DNA of 64,000 nt from Candidatus Poribacteria bacterium. GTDB taxonomy: Bacteria > Poribacteria > WGA-4E > PCPOR2b. Below the pieces are notes generated by a model. The model did not search any database, was not told the origin of the DNA, and saw only the letters and a list, made by a program, of their open reading frames with translations. Position 1 is the first letter of the stretch; each line of letters starts with the position of its first letter. Below, in pieces: positions 39,837 to 50,012 of this stretch. Location: assembly GCA_965198175.1 (NCBI GenBank), contig OZ240245.1, positions 1,408,001 to 1,472,000 on the forward strand. The letters are read 5' to 3'. The translations under genes were made by a program, and so were the position numbers.

Positions 39837-40004
39837 AGTAATTCACTCGGTTGATTGTTGGGTTTCGGGGAAGACTATCGCCCTCCCTATTCGGTCGGTT
39901 GATCCCCATTTAGTAAGGGGGGAGAAGAAAAACAGATATCGAGGCTGGGAAGCCTCTCCTACAGATTTTCTGAAAAAAATGGCGGTACGAGGGAATAAAC
40001 AACT

Positions 40005-40033
40005 TTCAAAACGGTTGTTACTTATGTTATAAT
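40005..40033 (+). promoter_or_regulatory. Promoter of giant protein gene 2
   Basis: TTCAAA-17-TATAAT with extended TG. Confidence 0.5.
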
Positions 40034-40203
40034 AGATATGTTTCGATGGCTTTATAAAACATAATTTCTTATTTTTTTGGTATTTGATTTTTTTTGTTTC
40101 ATGAAGTGGTGTGATTGGTCTTGAGATGGGTCGGTGCGGTGCTCACTTTCCGAAACCCGCATGTGAGCCGAATTGATGAGCGAAATTCTTGGGAGGTTGT
40201 ATA

Positions 40204-43200
40204 GTGTTTAACATCATGAGTAGGGGAAGACTCGCTAGGTTGCTGATTTTGGTTACAGTTGCGAGTGGTTTGATGATGAGCGTAGCGCAGTCGGTCCACG
40301 CCCAATCAGTGTCCGCGTTCCAATTGAACGGGACGCTCACGGATGCCGATGGGGTTGCGCTTGTAGGGTACACCGTGGAGGCGCCGGTCGCCGATTCTAT
40401 TTTGGACTCGGAGTCCGTAACGGACGAAGAAGGTAGATACTCAATTCTGTATAGCGGCTTTGGGCCAATCGTCAGTGTTGGCGACATAATTGAGATAACG
40501 ATTAAGGATCCTGACGGGAATGTCGTAGGGACAACGATGTACAGCGTCACTGACGCGAATATATCGCCAAGGATTGGACAGGCGACGCACCATATCGAGT
40601 TGTCCGGATTGAGCGTTGAGTTGGATAACGTTACATTGCCAGCAGACGGCGTTTCGACGGCGGAGATAACCGTCTCAATAGCGTCTGACGGTGCGCCGGT
40701 TACGGATGCGCCGCCGACGATAACGGCTGAGAGTGGCAGCATCGGCGAGGTGACGAACAACGGAGACGGCACGTATACGGCTGTGTACACGCCGCCGGCG
40801 TTGGTGCTCACAGAGCCCACGACGGATACGATTACGGTAAGTTCGGACACAACGGGCGATACGAAGATGGAGACCGTAACGTTGGAGCCGGTACCGACGG
40901 TCGTTGAGTTTTCGGTGGAGCCGGACGTATTCGCCGCGGGTGCGGTCGAGGCGGGCGTCATCGCGATTTCAGTGAATCGCGGCGGCAACCCGGTGGCAGA
41001 CGCAGAACTTTCATTGGGAGTGACGCGTGCAGACGGCGGTGGGGACGCCGGTACGGCGTCTGATGTGACAAGCAACGGCGATGGCACGTACAGCGCGACG
41101 TACACGCCCTCCAACACGGCGGGACAGATAAACATTACGGCGTCGGATGCGGTTTCCGGCGCGATTGCGATTGCGTCAGTCACCGTGAATGCGGGTGCTG
41201 CAGCTTCAATTTCGGTCAGTGCGGCGCCCACGTCAGTTTCGAGTAACGGAAGCGCTGTGATAACCGCGGCGGTCGCAGATGAATCGGGTAACGGAGTTGG
41301 CGGCTTGACGTTGAGCGGCTCGGCGGATAGCGGCGCGGTCGGCGAATTCAGCGCAGGGGCTGCGTTTGGGAGTTATAGCGCGGCGTATACGGTGGGTACG
41401 GTCGAGGCGGCAGGAATGGATACGGTCACCGTTAGCGTCGGTGAACTTTCGGGTCAGGCGACGATTGACCTCACGCCGGAACCGCCTAAGGAAGTAGAAA
41501 TTCTTGTAATTACAGGCATGGTGAACAAGCAAGACGGTACGGGACCCGTCAGCGGTATTGACGTTGAGGTTACGGTCGGCGACATGCCGCCCAAGGCGAC
41601 GGTGACGGACAGCAACGGGAACTACAGCGTCACAATCGTTAATCCGGGCGGAGTTGCGGGACGTGCTGGTAATGCCGTCACTGTGGTAGTCACGGACGAC
41701 GCCGGTGAGGAACGAGGACGTAACGAGTCGGTGTTGACGGACGAGGACCTGGGCGACGAGACTTCCGCAGTCGTTGAGCGGAACGTGGATACCAATATCT
41801 TGGCGCGCACCACTGCGCTGGCAGTTACCGGTACGGTCTTCCGCGAAGACAGCGCAATCGCCGTTAACGATGTGATAGCGATTACGGTGATGAACACGAC
41901 CCGCGGGACCGAAGTGTCTGGGATGACGGACGCGAACGGGATGTATAATCTCACCTTCTTCGGCACAACGGTTGTTGCGGAGACGGGAGACGAGCTGGTA
42001 GTGACGGCATCAAGAGACGGAGTCGAGGTTGGGAGCAGCACGCAAACGCTGTCTTCGGACGAAATCGAAGCCGGCAGAGCGATGGTGAACATTTCGACGG
42101 ATATTAAGGCGTCGACATCCGCGCTTGCAGTCAGTGGTCAGGTTTTCTTTGAAGATGGCACGATTGCGGTTGGCGCCGGCGTGACGGTCACGTCAATGAA
42201 CGGCGGCCGCGGACTGGAAACCTCCGGCATGACCGACGCGGACGGGAACTACAGTGTGACGTTCTTCAGCGCAGAGGGACTGGTTGCGGAAACTGGCGAC
42301 ATGATTAGCGTGACAGCCGTGCACGACGGCGAGCCGGTCGGGACGACGGAACACACGCTTTCAGTGGCTGAAGTGGACGCGCAGCGCGCGGAAGTGGATG
42401 TAACGACGAGCGTGAAAGCGTCGACGTCCGCGCTTGTAGTCAGCGGTACGGTTTTCTTTGACGACGGCGGGATTGCGGTTGGCGCCGGTGTGACGGTCAC
42501 CTCGATGAACGCGGGGAGCGGACAGGAAGCCTCCGGCGTGACCGACGCGGACGGGAACTACAGTGTGACGTTCTTCAGTGCGGAGGGAATTGTTGCGGAA
42601 ACTGGGGACATGATAAGCGTGACAGCGGTGCACGATGGCGAGGCGGTTGGGACGACGGAACATATGCTCTCAGCGGCTGAAGTGGACGCGCAGCGCGCGG
42701 AAGTGAATGTGACGACGAGCGTGAAAGCGTCGGCGTCCGCGCTTGTAGTCAGCGGTACGGTTTTCTTTGAAGACGGCGGGATTGCGGTCGGCGCCGGTGT
42801 GACAGTTACCTCAATGAACGGCGGCCGCGGACTGGAAGTGTCCGGCATGACCGACGCGGATGGGAACTACAGTGTGACGTTCTTCAGCGCGGAGGGTCTG
42901 GTTGCGGAAACTGGGGACATGATTAGCGTGACAGCCGTGCACGACGGCGAGGCGGTTGGGACGACGGAACATATGCTCTCAGCGGTTGAAGTGGTCGAGC
43001 AGCGCGCCGAAGTGAATGTGACAACGAGCGTGAAAGCGTCGACTACTACGTTGGTGGTCACTGGTGCGGCGTTCTACGAAGGCAGCACCATTCCCGTCGG
43101 TGCCGGCAACACCGTCACGGTGGTGAACAACGCGAACGGGATGGAAGCCTCCGGGATGACGGACGCGAACGGGATGTACAACGTGACGTTCTTTAGCCCG

Positions 43201-46200
43201 GACGCGACGGTCGCCGAAACGGGCGACACGCTGACCATCACGGTGACAAGCGATGAGGACGGCAGCGGCAGCATGGACTATTCGCTGACGGCAATTGAGA
43301 TTGATGCGCAGCGCGCTATGGTGGATGTGCCGACGAACATCAAGGCGACCTCGTCAGCGTTCGTTGTGGCGGGTACAGTGTACCTTGAAGACGGGGTAAG
43401 CGGTGCGCCCGCAGGTTTAACCGTCAAAGTCATGAACGAAACGCAGGGGATTGACCTCGAAGGATGGACGGTTCCGGGCGGCGGATACGTCGTGACGTTC
43501 CTGGAGACCGAGATGGCGGCGGTGAAGACTGCGGACGAGTTGACACTCGACGTGCTTGTGATGGCGGGCGACGAGACGCCCGTCGGCGAAACTTCCGTTA
43601 CGTTGACATCGGCGGATGTGGTTGCGGCGCGGATTGAGGGCATTGATATCACGAGCAGCCTCACGGCTGATCCGACGAATGCCTTTGTCGTTGACGGCAC
43701 CGTCCGGGATCCTTCTGGCAACAACGTTTCGGCGGGGGTTCGGGTGCGAGTTACTCTCGGCGACCACGCTCCCAGAGAGTTGGAGACGTATGCGAACGGT
43801 GGTTATTCGGCGACCTATTTTGACGCGCAGATGCCCGTCGCCAGCGTTTACGACACCGTGATGATTGCGGCGGTCGACCACAGCACGGGCGCAGCGGTGT
43901 TTGAAACCATGCAGTTAGCTTCGCACCACGTGTTGGCGCAGCGCGCGATGATTAACGTGATGCTGATTCCGGACGATGAACCGCCGGTTGCAGTGGCGAA
44001 CGTGAGCCAGAGGTTCCTCGACCCGGCGGAGGTCTCGACGTTCGACGCGAGCGCATCGACCGACAACGTCTTTATTGACACGTACGAATGGGATTACGGC
44101 GACGGCTCGAGCGGCAGCGGCGCGGTAACGACGCACGCTTACGACGGGGCGGGCCTGTATATTGTAACGCTGACGGTAACCGACCTTGCCCGGAACGTGA
44201 CCACGGTGTCACGCGAAATCTTTGTGGGCACGGTACGGCTCGGCGGCATTTCGCTCAACACGCGCCATGCGCGCGAGGTTCTTGACCAAATAATCAGCTT
44301 GGCAGTCGCTAAGACTGACGTTGCGCAGCAGCTGGGAACGGAACAGCTTTTGGAGTTGCTGCACGCTAATCCGGCGGTTCAAGCGGCTCTGGCTGAAGCG
44401 GTTGGCGGGGCATTACCGCCCGGCTTTATACCGATGCAGCTACTCGGCGAGAATTTGCCGCTGATTTTCGAGCAGTACGAAAACATTGATTTGGAAAACT
44501 TCGGCAACGCAGTGACCGCCCGTGTTGACGCGAGCGGCGGTATCCTGGGATCAGCAACGCCGGGATTCGGCAGGGTCGTGACCGGCGAGAAGTTGGACCT
44601 CTACGTTGCGGCACCGCGCGCAGATGTTGGCAGCGTCACGTTCAGGTTCGACGAGGTTACAGTCGATGCGGACGAGGTCATCGACAGTCTGCCGCACACG
44701 TTCCAGTTGGAAGAGGAGCAAGCGATTCTGCTGCTGCCCTCCTGGCCCGGCGTGCGGGGTGGAACGGATGGCGTGTTCTCAGCGGTGACGTTGATGTTGG
44801 CGTCTGAAGAGTTGCCGGCGGCATACCACAATCTGATTTCGAGAAATGCGTGGTCGTTCCGCGAAACGAGCGATTATCAGGCTGCGTCCATGAGTCCGAG
44901 GACGATTAACGGCAAGATAGTCTGGGATGTCCAAGCGGACATTGAGCCCGGCAAGATATACTACTACTATTACGCAGTCGAACTGGCGAATCCGGTCACA
45001 CTGAATTTGGGCGAGGGTCAGGATAGCATGGAACTCTCGCAGTACGCATTGACAGACCCGCGTAACCTTCAAATTCAGGATCGTGGAATAGCTGAGGCAG
45101 TATTCACACCCGAGCTTCAGGAAGCGATTGCACCGCTGCTGAACCCGATACTTTCGGGAATTTTCAGTGGACAAGCTGTTTCAGTGGAAGATGCCGTGGC
45201 GAGCTTGACGCCCGAGGTGTGGGTGAACTTGTTGGGCGCAGCATTGAATTCAGCTGTTCCGCTTCTTGAAGAGATTTCACAGACGATGGAAACGCAGCTG
45301 ATTTCCGTGTTCACGGTTCCGCTGGTGAACGAAGCGCAGTCGCTCTGGCACACGAGCATCGATTTATCAGTGTTCCCGGACGGCGTTCACACGATTGATG
45401 CGAACGTGTTTGATTCGCTTGGTGTTCAGATAGATAACCGACCGGTTTACGGTAAGACCTTTACGTTGGATCGGACTGCACCGGTTTACGATGTGTCGGC
45501 TGCACCGGGTCAGAATTCGTCGATTTACATGCGCGACGACGGCGTGTTGATTGCGACAGGATTGCCGCCCGCTGGCGATGGCAGCCCGATGGCGACGCTT
45601 CAACTGCTGTCAAGCGCGAACGGCGATGTGAGCGATGCGGCGGAGGGGTTGTACCAGATTATTCGGCACAGCGATGACTCCGTTGAGCAGGTGTCACAAA
45701 CATGGGTAAACGTTCCTCCAAGCGACATGGCGCCGATGTTCCAGGGGCTGACGCCTGAAGACATCACCGCATTCTTGGTTACGTTCCCGAATCTGCTGAC
45801 GTTGAACGCGCCAGTGATTATCAACGGGATGGTTCCGGAACAGATGGTTGCGGAACAGATGGAGATGTTGATTCGCGGTGCGAACAGCCAGCCGGAATTG
45901 ATTGTCGGTGAATACGGGCTGCGCGTCATCGCACGGGATTCGGTATTCAATATGTCAACGGATACCGCGCCGATACGGCTGAACATTGTACCGCCGGATC
46001 CGGATACCGCGATGGTTGTGCGGGTATCGCTCGGCGATTGCAACGGCGATGGCGACACAGACGACCTGTATGAGACCGGCGCGCCCGATGTGATGATTCT
46101 CTTCTCGGACACGCCGAATGTGATGTTAACCGCCGAGATTATGAAGCAGGTTCACCCGATAACGTCAATCCTCTTCCAATACAGGATGGGGGATGACGGC

Positions 46201-49200
46201 GAATGGCAGGATGTCGGTATGGTCGACGCAGATATGGTCGCCGGTGCTGCGGTCGGTTCACAGTATGAGGTGGCTTGGAGCATTGACAACTTGGGCGCGT
46301 TGATTCAGGCAGGTATGCCGGTCATGGTTCGCGCGGTTGTCACGAATGCGCTCTCCGTTTCGGATACGGAAGCTGCTGAAGCTACGATCGCGGTAAAAGA
46401 CCATCCGTGCCCGATCGAACCTGAAATTCATGAGCTTGCACACACCGTTACTGACCGTAACGCAGATAGCGACGCGCCGCGCGGTCCGATTATGCTTCAG
46501 GCGGTCACCCGCGAACTCACTTCCCCGCCCTCGATGAGCGTAATGTTTGAGGTACTGCAAGGCGAGGTGTGGCAGGCAGTCGGCGAAGTGGCGATAGCGG
46601 ACAGCGTTGTCGAAGAGTCAATCGTCGATGCGCTCGAAGAGGCGGTTGAGGAGATTGTCGATGGCGAGGCGAGCGCGGTGCTCGTTCCGACGCGCCGTGT
46701 ATGGTCGTTTGAACTTGATAGCACAACACTCGAAGATACGATTGCGGTGGGAGACGCCGCTGAACGCGACGTAACGCAAGATGATAACCCTTACGTGCTT
46801 CGTGCGGTTGCAGTTGACGCGAATGGCACAAGATACGAATCGGCGGAGGAGCTCTCGCAGAGTTTCTCAGTTGACAACGTTGACGATGTTCCGCCGCTTA
46901 CTGGAACAGAGATTCTTCAAGTTGCGGATGTTGCGGGCGTCATTGAGATGATGGAGGATGTCTTTACCGTCGGCGGTATCGTTGCCGAGGGAGTGGATGC
47001 GCCAGTCGCAATGCTGATGGCAATGCCGATAGCGGATCCGAAGACGTATAATCGGGTTGATGTGCTGATTAACCGCCGCAATGACGATGGCAGCCTCGGC
47101 GACGCTGTGGCTGAGATGGCGTTCGAAATGGGCGAGGAGAATTACACCTCTACGGTTGATGTCTCAACGCTTGAGAACGGCGCGTATCTCTTCCAAGCGC
47201 TCGCGATGGACGAGGTCGGGAATCAAGAGGTGCGTGACCTCGCGTTAGCGATTTCGGTCGATGTAGCGAACTTCATTCCGCCGCCGGAAATCGATCTGAA
47301 TGGTCAGACGGTTGAGGAAGTTACGGAAGCGTATCCGGGAGGTTTCCCAATCTCTCGGACGTACGAGTTGACTGTGACTGGTATTGCGCTTAACGCGGGC
47401 GATATTGACGTTCTGGTCGATGGGCGTTCCGCGAACGAATTGGGCGCACTCACGGTAACAACGGTTGAGGAAGGCGCGTCGAGCACGTTCACGCTGGCGA
47501 TTGACACAACGCTGCTTGAGGAAGGCTTACACGCACTCGATCTCCAGGTTACCAAACGGAACGGCAGCATCACGTTTGCTCTGGCGCCGCTGTTTGTAGA
47601 CAACGTTGCGCCCGAGTTGGCAGTGGCTTCGCCGGTGGCGAATAGCGAGGTGAGCGCATTGCCGAACACCCATGCGACTTATAATGACGGCGAAGGGGCA
47701 GGGATTGAACTCTCCTCCGTTTCGATCAGCTTGGTTCGGTTGACACCGCCAGATATGATGCCGGTCGAAATTAATATGGGCGGGGTTATGACAGATTTGA
47801 CCGACCTTGTCTATACGCGCGGCGATATGCTGCCCGGTGGCGTATATCGCGTGAGCGTAACGGTATCTGATATCGTAGACAACGTGAGCGAGGCATCGGC
47901 TGACTTTACGGTCGTTACGACGTTGCCGTCCGTCTCAATCCTATCACCGATGCCGGGTCAGATTCTTGACGTATCGTCGCCGTACATCAGCGCGGTTTAC
48001 ACGGGCATTGGCGCGAGCATCACATCTTTCACGCTTGACGGCGCGGATGTCGCTGTAACGGACGAGATGATGAGCGGGAATCGTTTGGAGTATACGCCTG
48101 ACGCCTTGGCGGATGGCAGCCATACCGTAGCGATTATGATTACAGACGGCGAAGGCAATACGATGGACGACAGCGTGACGTTTACGGTAAGGACAGCAGA
48201 CACCACGCCGCCTCTGATAACGGCGGCTGGTCCGCAAGGCGTTGTGAAATCTGCGTCCGCGACGTTGTCCGCCGCAGCCTCTGACGAAGAATCGGGGATT
48301 GCGAGCGTGTCATACGCCATAGACGGCGGTGCCGCGGTTGACGGAATGACTCGAGACGTTAGCGGACTGACTCCGGGAACTCACACGGTTATGGCGGTTG
48401 CTACGAATGGGGCTGGTCTGGAAAGCACGTTCAGTTGGACATTCACCGTTGAATTGGATACCACGCCGCCGGTGATTTCGACTGTTGCGCCGGAAGGCAT
48501 TATCAAAGAAGCCTCTACAACGATTTCAGCCGTTATCGGCGACGAACAATCAAGCGTGACACGTGTCACAATTTCGGTGGACGGCGCGGCGGCTAGAACG
48601 GCGTCACTACGGGATGGTCGTGCGAGCCGCGCTGTGAGCGGACTTACTCCTGGAACGCACAATGTGACGGTTTCTGCCGAGAGCACTGGCGGTACTGCGA
48701 CGCATACTTGGAGTTTCACGGTTGAACTGGATACCACACCGCCTGTGATTACCCGTGCTAGACCGCAAGGCGTAGTCACGTCAACTTCTGTAACAATTGC
48801 GGCAGTGGTGACCGATGAGGAATCTGCTGTCACAAGTGCCACGATTGCCCTTGACGGTGGTAGAGCTATAGACGTGACACCGGCAGCGAACGGGCCGGTG
48901 AACCGTAGGGTGACCGACCTGAATCCCGGTCTGCACGGCATAGAGCTCGTTGCAACCAGCGCTGGCGGCACCGCGACGCATACTTGGACGTTTACTGTTG
49001 ACTTGGATACGACCCCGCCGGAGGTTTCGACTACATCTCCGCACGGCATTGTGCGCGTCGAACAGCCGCAAATCTCTGTGGCAGCGAGCGATGACCGCGG
49101 CGGTATCCTTGTAATCGACATCACGCTTAAAGACAGCGATGGTAACGAGCTCAACGGTCGAACCAAAGCAAGTTCTGACACAACTTCAGCGACCTTTACA

Positions 49201-49911
49201 CCGTCGGGACGCCTGACGGGTGGGACGTACTCAGTTGATGCCACGGTGAAAGATAGAAGTCAGAATACGGCATCTGCGAGTTGGAGTTTTACCGTCGAGT
49301 TCGATACGGTTCCGCCTAGCATCACGGTTGTTGCGCCGCAGGGCGAATCGCGGATCAGTGAGGAACGCCGACCGGTGATTACGGCAAGCTACTCCGACAA
49401 TTTATCGGGGGTTGATGCGGATTCCGTGGTATTGATGCTTGATGGGAACCCGGTCGTTCCGAGCGCGGTGTCCACGAGCCAGGTGGTTTACACGCCGCCC
49501 GCGGACCTCGCTTTTGGTCGGCACACGGTTATGCTGGAAGTCTCCGATCTCGCAACGCCGTCCGCGAACATGGCGGCGCACGAATGGAGTTTTGTGCTTG
49601 AGGACGGTAAGGGACCTGTGTTCCGCGGCGTACTGCGGAATTACCCGAATCCGTTTACGAGTAAGACGACCGTGGCGTTCACCCTTGCCCGTGAATCGAC
49701 ACTGACGATCGAGATTTACGACATCACAGGTCGGCTTGTCAGGGTTTTGGCGCAAGATGAGGTACGAGAAGCCGGTGCTAATGAATTTCCGTGGGATGGG
49801 AAGACGTCGGCAGGCGACGTACTGGCTCGCGGCGTTTACTTCAGTCAGATTATGGTGACGAGCGAACCGAAGCCAGAGTTTATTGTCTTGAAAATGGCGC
49901 TGTTGCGCTAG
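40204..49911 (+). CDS. Giant secreted protein (~3235 aa) with invasin/Ig-like repeats, a PKD domain and a FlgD-Ig/T9SS-type C-terminal domain
   Basis: Signal peptide ending VHA, invasin-like NNGDGTYTA.YT, PKD FDAS.S.D....Y.WDYGDG, DTTPP Ig repeats and tail NYPNPF...WDGK...G....GVY. Start is GTG 40204 or ATG 40216. Confidence 0.88.
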   Translation: MFNIMSRGRLARLLILVTVASGLMMSVAQSVHAQSVSAFQLNGTLTDADGVALVGYTVEAPVADSILDSESVTDEEGRYSILYSGFGPIVSVGDIIEITIKDPDGNVVGTTMYSVTDANISPRIGQATHHIELSGLSVELDNVTLPADGVSTAEITVSIASDGAPVTDAPPTITAESGSIGEVTNNGDGTYTAVYTPPALVLTEPTTDTITVSSDTTGDTKMETVTLEPVPTVVEFSVEPDVFAAGAVEAGVIAISVNRGGNPVADAELSLGVTRADGGGDAGTASDVTSNGDGTYSATYTPSNTAGQINITASDAVSGAIAIASVTVNAGAAASISVSAAPTSVSSNGSAVITAAVADESGNGVGGLTLSGSADSGAVGEFSAGAAFGSYSAAYTVGTVEAAGMDTVTVSVGELSGQATIDLTPEPPKEVEILVITGMVNKQDGTGPVSGIDVEVTVGDMPPKATVTDSNGNYSVTIVNPGGVAGRAGNAVTVVVTDDAGEERGRNESVLTDEDLGDETSAVVERNVDTNILARTTALAVTGTVFREDSAIAVNDVIAITVMNTTRGTEVSGMTDANGMYNLTFFGTTVVAETGDELVVTASRDGVEVGSSTQTLSSDEIEAGRAMVNISTDIKASTSALAVSGQVFFEDGTIAVGAGVTVTSMNGGRGLETSGMTDADGNYSVTFFSAEGLVAETGDMISVTAVHDGEPVGTTEHTLSVAEVDAQRAEVDVTTSVKASTSALVVSGTVFFDDGGIAVGAGVTVTSMNAGSGQEASGVTDADGNYSVTFFSAEGIVAETGDMISVTAVHDGEAVGTTEHMLSAAEVDAQRAEVNVTTSVKASASALVVSGTVFFEDGGIAVGAGVTVTSMNGGRGLEVSGMTDADGNYSVTFFSAEGLVAETGDMISVTAVHDGEAVGTTEHMLSAVEVVEQRAEVNVTTSVKASTTTLVVTGAAFYEGSTIPVGAGNTVTVVNNANGMEASGMTDANGMYNVTFFSPDATVAETGDTLTITVTSDEDGSGSMDYSLTAIEIDAQRAMVDVPTNIKATSSAFVVAGTVYLEDGVSGAPAGLTVKVMNETQGIDLEGWTVPGGGYVVTFLETEMAAVKTADELTLDVLVMAGDETPVGETSVTLTSADVVAARIEGIDITSSLTADPTNAFVVDGTVRDPSGNNVSAGVRVRVTLGDHAPRELETYANGGYSATYFDAQMPVASVYDTVMIAAVDHSTGAAVFETMQLASHHVLAQRAMINVMLIPDDEPPVAVANVSQRFLDPAEVSTFDASASTDNVFIDTYEWDYGDGSSGSGAVTTHAYDGAGLYIVTLTVTDLARNVTTVSREIFVGTVRLGGISLNTRHAREVLDQIISLAVAKTDVAQQLGTEQLLELLHANPAVQAALAEAVGGALPPGFIPMQLLGENLPLIFEQYENIDLENFGNAVTARVDASGGILGSATPGFGRVVTGEKLDLYVAAPRADVGSVTFRFDEVTVDADEVIDSLPHTFQLEEEQAILLLPSWPGVRGGTDGVFSAVTLMLASEELPAAYHNLISRNAWSFRETSDYQAASMSPRTINGKIVWDVQADIEPGKIYYYYYAVELANPVTLNLGEGQDSMELSQYALTDPRNLQIQDRGIAEAVFTPELQEAIAPLLNPILSGIFSGQAVSVEDAVASLTPEVWVNLLGAALNSAVPLLEEISQTMETQLISVFTVPLVNEAQSLWHTSIDLSVFPDGVHTIDANVFDSLGVQIDNRPVYGKTFTLDRTAPVYDVSAAPGQNSSIYMRDDGVLIATGLPPAGDGSPMATLQLLSSANGDVSDAAEGLYQIIRHSDDSVEQVSQTWVNVPPSDMAPMFQGLTPEDITAFLVTFPNLLTLNAPVIINGMVPEQMVAEQMEMLIRGANSQPELIVGEYGLRVIARDSVFNMSTDTAPIRLNIVPPDPDTAMVVRVSLGDCNGDGDTDDLYETGAPDVMILFSDTPNVMLTAEIMKQVHPITSILFQYRMGDDGEWQDVGMVDADMVAGAAVGSQYEVAWSIDNLGALIQAGMPVMVRAVVTNALSVSDTEAAEATIAVKDHPCPIEPEIHELAHTVTDRNADSDAPRGPIMLQAVTRELTSPPSMSVMFEVLQGEVWQAVGEVAIADSVVEESIVDALEEAVEEIVDGEASAVLVPTRRVWSFELDSTTLEDTIAVGDAAERDVTQDDNPYVLRAVAVDANGTRYESAEELSQSFSVDNVDDVPPLTGTEILQVADVAGVIEMMEDVFTVGGIVAEGVDAPVAMLMAMPIADPKTYNRVDVLINRRNDDGSLGDAVAEMAFEMGEENYTSTVDVSTLENGAYLFQALAMDEVGNQEVRDLALAISVDVANFIPPPEIDLNGQTVEEVTEAYPGGFPISRTYELTVTGIALNAGDIDVLVDGRSANELGALTVTTVEEGASSTFTLAIDTTLLEEGLHALDLQVTKRNGSITFALAPLFVDNVAPELAVASPVANSEVSALPNTHATYNDGEGAGIELSSVSISLVRLTPPDMMPVEINMGGVMTDLTDLVYTRGDMLPGGVYRVSVTVSDIVDNVSEASADFTVVTTLPSVSILSPMPGQILDVSSPYISAVYTGIGASITSFTLDGADVAVTDEMMSGNRLEYTPDALADGSHTVAIMITDGEGNTMDDSVTFTVRTADTTPPLITAAGPQGVVKSASATLSAAASDEESGIASVSYAIDGGAAVDGMTRDVSGLTPGTHTVMAVATNGAGLESTFSWTFTVELDTTPPVISTVAPEGIIKEASTTISAVIGDEQSSVTRVTISVDGAAARTASLRDGRASRAVSGLTPGTHNVTVSAESTGGTATHTWSFTVELDTTPPVITRARPQGVVTSTSVTIAAVVTDEESAVTSATIALDGGRAIDVTPAANGPVNRRVTDLNPGLHGIELVATSAGGTATHTWTFTVDLDTTPPEVSTTSPHGIVRVEQPQISVAASDDRGGILVIDITLKDSDGNELNGRTKASSDTTSATFTPSGRLTGGTYSVDATVKDRSQNTASASWSFTVEFDTVPPSITVVAPQGESRISEERRPVITASYSDNLSGVDADSVVLMLDGNPVVPSAVSTSQVVYTPPADLAFGRHTVMLEVSDLATPSANMAAHEWSFVLEDGKGPVFRGVLRNYPNPFTSKTTVAFTLARESTLTIEIYDITGRLVRVLAQDEVREAGANEFPWDGKTSAGDVLARGVYFSQIMVTSEPKPEFIVLKMALLR
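42106..43032 (+). repeat. Three near-identical 309-bp (103 aa) intragenic domain repeats
   Basis: GA(C/T)GGGAACTACAGTGTGACG at 42241, 42550 and 42859, with more diverged copies on both sides. Confidence 0.92.
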
Positions 49912-49931
49912 TAATCCGAAAGGATTCCTTC

Positions 49932-49971
49932 GTGATTATGGGAATGGGTTGAGCCTCATTCCCGTAATCAC
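49932..49971 (+). terminator. Long intergenic hairpin without a U-tract (mRNA stabiliser or attenuator)
   Basis: GTGATTATGGGAATGGG/CTCATTCCCGTAATCAC. Confidence 0.55.
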
Positions 49972-50012
49972 AATCATAAACAGTAGATACGCAATACGTT
50001 AAGGGGGAAAAC

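Noticed and set aside
40143..49244. Many minus-strand ORFs (up to 362 aa) inside the giant gene
   Set aside because: Expected stop-poor antisense frames of a GC-rich, biased coding sequence.
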